A stretch of 64,000 bases of DNA, from NCBI GenBank assembly GCA_964016885.1, contig OZ024752.1, forward strand, positions 34,968,001 through 35,032,000, given 5' to 3'. The notes beneath the pieces are model-generated. The model was not told where the DNA came from. It was given only the letters and a program-made list of their open reading frames with translations, and did not search any database. Position numbers and translations under genes: made by a program. Shown here one piece after another: positions 1-64,000 of this stretch; the stretch's first letter is position 1; each line of letters opens with the position of its first letter. This stretch comes from Eledone cirrhosa. Its lineage: Eukaryota.

Positions 1-84
1 GTTTTATTTGTTTAATTATAAATATGTATGTGTATATATATACAATGATATTAAATAAATGGAAACTATATTTATAAAACCATA

Positions 85-147
85 TTTATTTTATTATATA
101 TATTACAAGGATACCAAAAGACTGGTACGCTTTCCTCAGATAAAATA
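85..147 (-). ncRNA. Third, degenerate hammerhead-like copy (GTAA instead of GAAA)
   Basis: Minus strand: TATTTTAT-CTGAGGA-AAGCGTACCA...TGGTATCCTT-GTAA-TATATATA-ATAAAATA; flanks homologous to the 35.5 kb copy. Confidence 0.4.
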
Positions 148-404
148 CGAAGTTTGTTTTATAAATAGAGACATACCCAGGAAAATCATACCTCATCAGT
201 TGGATATTCTCTGGATAGTGGAAATGTATTAGGGATTTTTCAAGCTTATGGGTGAATATGCAAATGAATATGTAAATAATTGAAAAACAACCGTTTATTT
301 AAACGACTATGGAGAGAGAGAGAAGAGATAAGAGGAGAAGGATAAAATAGTGCGAGAGAGAGAGAAGAAAGAAAGAAAAAAAGGGAATATATATATATAT
401 TATA

Positions 405-738
405 TGGAGGCACATGGCTAAGTGGTTAGAGCATTGGCCTTGCAATCGAAAGGTTGTGAGTTCAATTCTCAGACCGGGTGATGTGTTGTTTCCTTGAGCA
501 AGACACTTTATTTCACATTGCTCCAGTTTACTCAGCTGTAGAAATGAGATGATAGGGACTGGGGTCCCTATCACTCCACTGCAAAGTGGTCGTGGAGGTG
601 CCACGGCAAAAAAGCACTCACTGTAAATGAGGTTGGTGTTAGGAAGGGCATCCAGCTGTAGAAATCAAGTCAGAATCAGTTCCCATCCCACTCTTGCAAG
701 CAGGGAAAAAGCGGACGTAAATTGAAATGATGAAATGA
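405..738 (+). mobile_element. tRNA-derived SINE family B with an RTE-type 3' tail; full copies also at about 25991-26333 (-), 47781-48118 (+), 62250-62567 (-); partial copies at 28548, 40175, 41020, 44052, 53875
   Basis: A-box TGGCT(A/T)AGTGG, B-box GAGTTCAATTC, central CCTTGAGCAAGACACTT motif, and a tail GGTTGGTGTTAGGAAGGGCATCCAGCTGTAGAAA...GGACGTAAAA(TGA)n shared with the RTE 3' UTR. Confidence 0.85.
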
Positions 739-819
739 TATATATAGTAATGATAATTATGAAGATTGAAATTTGTGAAAGCAGCGATTATGTATATATA
801 TATATATATTATATATATA

Positions 820-857
<38 letters not shown>

Positions 858-1177
858 TATATATATACATAATGTGCCTATGTAAATATGTATGTATGTA
901 GATATATAAGTGTAGTGTCTGATATAGAAATTAAATATACGTATTAATAGTTTGCCTTATCCTTGCATTATCATTGGTTTCATAGACATAAACAAAGTCA
1001 TACACATACACTCACATATATACACATATATTCCAGCCAGTTATTCTCTCCTCTCGCTAACAAAACCAAAACAACAACAAAATAAAAACATTTTTGCCAT
1101 TTCCACTATGTCTTTTCTTTTTAAAGACAGCTACAGACTTATCAACATGGAATGGTTTTCTCTTGGATTATTATAAG

Positions 1178-2968
1178 CCAGTGGATTGGCAGTAGAATCG
1201 GTAGAGGGTGGGACACCATGCTTTCTAGCATAGTTACGTCCCTTTACGGTCTGAGTTCAAATCCCGTCGAGGTTAACTTTGCTTTTCATCCTTATGGGGT
1301 TGATAAAATAAAGTACCAGTAATCTACTAGGTAATTGCTGGCCTTGTACCAAAAGTAGAAACAATTATTGTAGGGCAGTGGATTGGCAGTAGAATTGGCT
1401 TTCCCTTCTCCCAAAAATGATTGGCCTTCTACCTAAATCAGAAACCATTGGATTGGCAGTATCGGTAGAGGGTCGGACACCATGCTTTCCAGCATGGTTA
1501 CGTCCCTTTACGATCTGAGTTCAAATCCCGCTGAGGTTGACTTTGCCTTTCATCCTTACGGGGTCGATAAAATAAAGTACCAGTAATGCACTGGGTAATT
1601 GCTGGCCTTGTGCCTAAAGTAGAAACAATTATGAGTTAAAATCCCACCAAGGTTAACTTTGCCTTTCCTCATTATGGGTGTTTATAAAATAAAGTACCAG
1701 TAATGCACCAGGGTCGATTTAATCAGCATTCCCTTCCCCCAAAATTATTGTCCTTTGACTAAATCAGAAACCATTATGAGTTCAAATCCCACCAAGGTTA
1801 GTTTTGCCTTTCCTCCTTATAGGGGTTGATAAAATAAAGTTCCAGTAATACACTGGTGTCGATTTAATCAGCATTCCCTTCCCCCAAAATTATTGTCCTT
1901 TGACTAAATCAGAAACCATTATGAGTTCAAATCCCACCAAGGTTAGTTTTGCCTTTCCTCCTTATAGGGGTTGATAAAATAAAGTTCCAGTAATACACTG
2001 GTGTCGATTTAATCAGCATTCCCTTCCCCCAAAATTATTGTCCTTTGCCTAACCATTTAGCATTTACATTACTCTATATATGCTATTATATTTTCAAGTC
2101 TTTCATCATCATCATCATCATCACCGTTTTACGTCCGTTCTTCCACGCTAGCATGGGTTAGACGGGTTGTCCTGTTGTGGGCACTGTCTGGTCGGCTGAC
2201 CATGCCTTGCTCATACAGGAACTGATTTGGCTTGATTTCTACAGCTGGATGCCCTTCCTAACACCAACCTCATTTACAGTGAGTGCTGGGTGCTTTTTCG
2301 TGGCGCCTCTTTATCTCACATAATATCGAATCTATTAGATTTTGATGTTATTTATTTTGAGAACAATACCTTAACATCAATATGAGCAGCTGGTTATGGT
2401 CAGTTTGAACAGAAAAAGGTGAGAGACCTCTGGCTAGATATGGTCGGTTTAAATGCTAAAGGGCTAAATCAGAAATCATTATTGTTTTTGACGGTGGATT
2501 GAAGGCGGTGGATTGGCAGTATCGGTAGAGGGTCGGACGCCATGCTTTCCAGCATAGTTACGTCCCTTTATGATCTGAGTTCAAATCCCGCCGAGGTTGA
2601 CTTTGCCTTTCATCCTTACGGGGTCGATAAAATAAAGTACCAGTAATGCACTGGGTAATTGCTGGCCTTGTGCCTAAAGTAGAAACAATTATTAACAAAT
2701 CTCTTTACGATCGGAGTTCAAATCCCGCCGAGGTTGACTTTGCCTTTCATCCTTACGGGGGTCGATAAAATAAAGTACCAGTAATGCACTGGGTAATTGC
2801 TGGCCTTGTGCCTAAAGTAGAAACAATTATTAACAAATCTCTTTACGATCGGAGTTCAAATCCCGCCGAGGTTGACTTTGCCTTTCATCCTTACGGGGTC
2901 GATAAAATAAAGTACCAGTAATGCACTGGGTGATTGCTGGCCTTGTGCCTAAAGTAGAAACGATTATT
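1178..2968 (+). mobile_element. Cluster of head-to-tail tRNA-derived SINE family A copies (about 190 bp unit)
   Basis: Repeated GGCGGTGGATTGGCAGTATCGGTAGAG...GAGTTCAAATCC...GCCTTTCATCCTTACGGGGTCGATAAAATAAAGTACC...GTAGAAACAATTAT; the central part resembles the Deu/Nin SINE domain (from recall, unverified). Confidence 0.85.
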
Positions 2969-3417
2969 GTTTTTGACCACTTTCACCTGGCAACTGTCAC
3001 TAACATGTCCTTTTCTAACATACCCTTGCAGTGGTTAACAAGTTATTCTCTAGGCTATAATCAATTAACCCACATAAGCACTCACTGTATCAAGTTGTCT
3101 TCTCTATCATTAGTCAGGTTTGTTGTCTTAACACACACACATATACACATATCATCATCATCGTTTAACGTCTATCTTCCACGCTAGCATATGTATGCAT
3201 AGATATATATATACCCTCATCATCATCATCATCATCATCATGACAAGTTCCACCCCACTCGGTACGCGAATGAGGTCCAGGGTCTTCTCAATTCGGGTCA
3301 GATGAGTAGAGAAACAAACAAAATAGCAAGGAATAAAAGTGGACCAATGAGAAAAGGGTGCAAAGAAAACCCTGTTCAATTTATAGCAACGGTATAAAAA
3401 CTGAAAACAATGCAGTA

Positions 3418-3703
3418 TACAAGGGTCAACTGAAAAGTTCATAGGCTGACCAAGATACTCTCATGGAATGACCAAATGAGGTTTATTTTTCAACATAGTC
3501 CCTGGAAAGAAACAATGCAGTTATTATACAAGGGTCAGCTGAAAAGTTCATAGGTTGACCAAATGAGGTTTATGTTCAACATAGTCCTTGGAAAGAAACA
3601 ATGCAGTTATTAAGAAGAAGAGTTGAAATTAATGCATGCAAGATTTCACATCTCTAGCATAAATCCTTCATAGTCAGCCTATGAACTTTTCAGCCAACTG
3701 TTA
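3418..3703. mobile_element. Tc1/mariner-like MITE
   Basis: Inverted repeats CTGAAAAGTTCATAGGCTGAC / GTCAGCCTATGAACTTTTCAG near TA-bounded ends; the left end is duplicated internally. Confidence 0.6.
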
Positions 3704-3852
3704 TATAATAACAACATAGAAAATCTACTGTTTATGGGGTTGATGATATTAACCCTTTTACTGCCATATTTCTAATAGAAGACACTGCCTATGATTTTTA
3801 GATAATTTTGAAAATAATCAAAAATTTGGAAGGATTTAGTAATCTAATTAGT

Positions 3853-4172
3853 TCTTCTTCTTCTTCTTCTTCGCCTGAGAGGGTCGTGGGGGCAGAGTCC
3901 TCAAACACTCCTTCCAGCGGGTCCTTAGATCCCCAAGCATGACCAGCTAAGCTCATGGATGTTATCCAACCATCTTGCTTGGCGTCTACCCCTGGGTCTC
4001 TTGCTAGATGGTTTGTGCCCGTAAAATCTGTCCAGTGATTCTTTCCTGAGACATTCTAACCACATGCCCATAGTATCGGAGCTGTGATCTCTCAATTCAG
4101 AGAAATAGCGGCTCTACCTGGAATGACTCTCTGATCTCCGAATTACGCACTTTATCAAGTAACGTTACTCCA
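3853..4172 (-). mobile_element. Decayed 3' fragment of a second RTE-like LINE with a (GAA)n tail; related piece at about 47370-47600
   Basis: The minus strand reads GVTLLDKVRNSEIRE...IERSQLRYYGHVVRM...RPRGR...WLDNI with stops. Confidence 0.7.
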
Positions 4173-4727
4173 AAGACCCAACAGTTATTTCTTACATAAA
4201 ATTATGAGGAAAGGCTTTTATTTAGATAAATTTAAACACCTTAAAATATATTAGAATGCTGTTGAAATGTGTATACACTTTTGGGGACACCCTGTATATG
4301 AGTGTGCATGAGAGAGAAAGACAAAAAATTTAAGAGAGAGAGATTTTATAATTTCAAAATTAATTTATATCCTAAAGAAAAAAACAACAACATTTTCAGG
4401 TCCTTTCCTCCCATGTTAAAGCATGGGTTAGCCTTTCAGGGCCCATGACAAACTTCCCCATTTTTCCCTATCATCTGCAGCCTTCCTCAACAACTCCTTG
4501 GCTTTCATTTCCTCCTTCTTGATATATGTATCCAGTTTAGATACACCATTTCTCCGTGTGTGTGTCATTAAAACATTAACAGTGATTAAAAAAGTTGAGT
4601 GCAGGAAGGCTATCCAGCCATAAAACAATGCCTCATAATAATTATATTTTGAAGAAACCCATATATCTATTTTTAATATAAAACTTTGTAAAATTACTTA
4701 CGATACGTAGCTGCTGTTATTCATATT

Positions 4728-4733
4728 TTTATT
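4728..4733 (-). terminator. Candidate polyadenylation signal AATAAA of the RIBC gene
   Basis: AATAAA on the minus strand about 105 nt after the stop codon; the hexamer is common in AT-rich DNA. Confidence 0.35.
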
Positions 4734-4836
4734 TATCTTGCATCTTGTTTGATATATTTTTTATATATTTCTAAACATTTCGTATTGCTTATAAAGTAGC
4801 TACAATATGTGAAATATAATATATATATTTAGCAAG

Positions 4837-20836
<16,000 letters not shown>

Positions 20837-20934
20837 GATTGATATAATATCTTGAGAGAGACACAAAAGATATGTTAAAGATAAGTCACTTCTACGAGAA
20901 GGATTAATAATAATAAAAATATGACATTAGCGAT

Positions 20935-20947
20935 GTTGCCAAGCAAC
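20935..20947. promoter_or_regulatory. RFX X-box (GTTGCC-A-AGCAAC)
   Basis: Fits GTNRCC-N(0-3)-RGYAAC; about 100 bp upstream of the ATG of a ciliary gene. Confidence 0.65.
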
Positions 20948-20986
20948 AAACAATATAACTTCGGCTGCGTGAATAATTTCTCGTTT

Positions 20987-20997
20987 CTGATTGGCTA
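20987..20997 (-). promoter_or_regulatory. NF-Y CCAAT box (TAGCCAATCAG)
   Basis: Matches the RRCCAATCAG consensus inside the intergenic gap. Confidence 0.55.
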
Positions 20998-21262
20998 TTA
21001 ATAATTTAAAATTTAATTTGAATAAAAAATATAAATTACTCAATATTATATTATGTTTAGTTTTATAATATTTTGATAACACAATAATAATGGATTTATT
21101 TGAAGTTTTATTAATTGACTAATGAAAATGTTTAATCCTTAACTAATGTTCGCGGTAAAATTTTCAACTATAATGGCTGCGTGAGAGAGATGTAATTTAT
21201 CAGTGACTTTCTCTAAACATCATTGGAGTAAAAAAAAAAGAAGTTTTTGTAGGTTATTCAAA

Positions 21263-62031
<40,769 letters not shown>

Positions 62032-62729
62032 GTAAGTTTTTGGAAATTTACATGCATCTATCTGTCCACACACTCTCCCTATTCTTCTCTCCCATGCCTC
62101 TCTCTCTCCCAATTAACTTATGTTTTACTTTGCTACTTTCTTGTTCTCAGTTGAAGGGATGTAGGCATTATATATATCTGTATTTGATTTAGAATAGGTA
62201 CCTCGGGTCCCTGCGGTATGTCATAAATAAGTTTTAGCGTTAGAGAGGACATCATCATCATCATCATCATCATCATCATTTTACGTCCACTTTTCCCTGC
62301 TTGCAAGGGTGGGACGGGAACTGATTCTGGCTTGATTTTTACAGTGAGTGCTGGGTGCTTTTTTTTCCATGGCACCTCCACGTCCACTTTGCAGTGGAAT
62401 GATAGGGACCCCAGTCCTTATCATCTCATTTCTACAGCTGAGTAAACTGGAGCAATGTGAAATAAAGTGTCTTGCTCAAGGAAACAACACATCACCCGGT
62501 CTGAGAATTGAACTCACAACCTTTTGATTACAAGGTCAATGCTCTAACCACTAAGCCATGTGCCTCCATGACATCCAAATATAAAACATTGCCTTGAAAA
62601 GTCCTATGCTGGCATGGAAAATTTGGCATAAAAACGATGATGTTGATGATTGGAAATAAATAGCCCATATGGAGTCTGGAAGGAGCTAAACATTATATAA
62701 TTTTGTGGGTTGTTGTGGAACACTACCAC

Positions 62730-62760
<31 letters not shown>

Positions 62761-63286
62761 GGAGTGTAATGCGGAGTTACTGTAGGTTCACCCAGGTGAG
62801 CACTCGATGTTTAGGTTCACAACTGTATCGAGGTGTAGAGCTAGACAGAGTGTAATATATATATATATGAAAGACGTAAAATAAGAAAATTTTAAAAATT
62901 AAAAATCAACTTACTTACTAAAATTTTCACTCCAACTAATTAGTTTCTGTATGGGGATAAATATAGTTACATAATATAACTATAGAGAATTCCATGCGTC
63001 ATCAGGGAGACTATTCTCAGCTAAGTTCCCAGGCGATGCGTGGACACTAGGAACTCATATAAAAATAATAATTCAGTGGATGGAATAAAGCTAGCGTGGA
63101 CTAAATTCCGGAGCACTGAAAAAGTTCACTGCCTCTGGTCAGTGGCAGATTCTAAAGAATCAATCACGTGACACTGAGGTTAATCAGTTAGGAGCGGGGT
63201 GGTATTATGACAAGAGCCTACTACTACCATGAATCAGCAGTAAATTTTGGCAAGTTTTGCTCAACAAATAATTTGGAGATAAATAT

Positions 63287-63555
63287 AGAGAATTAGTACA
63301 TTTACCAACATATGTGTACAGATGTTCACCTATGCTAGCAAATATATATGTTATGTCTTAGTACCTTTGTGGTTCTATGCAGGGGGATGCAGAACAATTA
63401 TATGAAAGACGTAAAAATTTTCTTATTTTACGTCTTTCATATAATTCTTCTGCATCCCCCTGCATAGAACCACAAAGGTACTAAGACATAACATATATAT
63501 TTCCTAGCATAGGTGAACATCTGTACACATATGTTGGTAAATGTACTAATTCTCT
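63287..63555. repeat. Near-perfect palindrome, arms about 130 bp, loop about 10 bp
   Basis: The arms differ at only two positions that I could see. Confidence 0.92.
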
Positions 63556-63683
63556 CTCTCTCTCTCTCTCTCTCTCTATAATGAAAAATTGAACAGGGAC
63601 AGAACAGAGAGGCAGTACGATAAATGTTTATTAAATTCACGCTCAGGAGAGGAGGGGGGTAGGGGGGGGGGGGCGTTTCGGGC

Positions 63684-63750
<67 letters not shown>

Positions 63751-64000
63751 TTTAAGTGAGAAAACCTATTTGTGAGTATAAGCCAGATTGACGAAAAAAT
63801 ATTCTATCTATATTTGCTTGTATAAAGATCTCCCCACCATGGTTGGTTTCGTTTGCAGAAGAACCTGAGATGTTTAAGTATTAGAGACTAATTAACTGTT
63901 AATTAATATATATACAGTAAAGATAGGCGAACACAGATATGTAATTAGATGTGTTCAAATCACAAGGGACAGAAACTGCCAGGGTGAAGAAAATACTGAC

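Larger units (their letters stand above)
20837..21262. promoter_or_regulatory. Putative bidirectional promoter between RIBC (-) and SMC1 (+)
   Basis: Divergent ATGs 426 bp apart; the gap is free of recognisable transposons; it contains an X-box and a CCAAT box. Confidence 0.75.

Noticed and set aside
405-480. tRNA genes at the SINE heads
   Set aside because: A/B boxes are present, but there is no complete cloverleaf and each runs into a SINE body
299-604. Recurring short ORFs (MAPPRPLCSG..., MPFLTPT...) as a gene family
   Set aside because: Antisense translations of SINE B and the RTE tail
62032-64000. Further SMC1 exons (signature and Walker B motifs)
   Set aside because: No matching exon seen; the gene evidently continues beyond the window

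Overview
AT-rich, intron-rich animal genomic DNA; the SINE/RTE/MITE repertoire suggests an octopus or related cephalopod (inference, not verified). The window holds two spliced genes arranged head-to-head, with start codons 426 bp apart. (1) A complete five-exon RIB43A/RIBC ciliary microtubule-inner-protein gene on the minus strand (20836 to 4837, 379 aa, all GT-AG, phases consistent). (2) The first 23 coding exons (about 1037 codons) of the cohesin subunit SMC1 on the plus strand (21263 to 62031), continuing past the window end. The same divergent pairing exists in humans (SMC1A/RIBC1 and SMC1B/RIBC2). The intergenic gap has an RFX X-box and an NF-Y CCAAT box. Introns contain a near-full-length RTE LINE with an intact EN-RT ORF and an inserted PHD-like finger, RTE/CR1/CRE fragments, two tRNA-derived SINE families, piggyBac-like, mariner-like and Helitron-like non-autonomous elements, long fold-back palindromes, Penelope-type minimal hammerhead ribozyme motifs, and tandem arrays of 14, 47/48, 49, 54 and 92 bp. 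The largest array derives from a unit of the RTE/SINE 3' tail. Most ORFs in the supplied track are repeat artefacts. No prokaryotic, CRISPR, rRNA or true tRNA features were seen.
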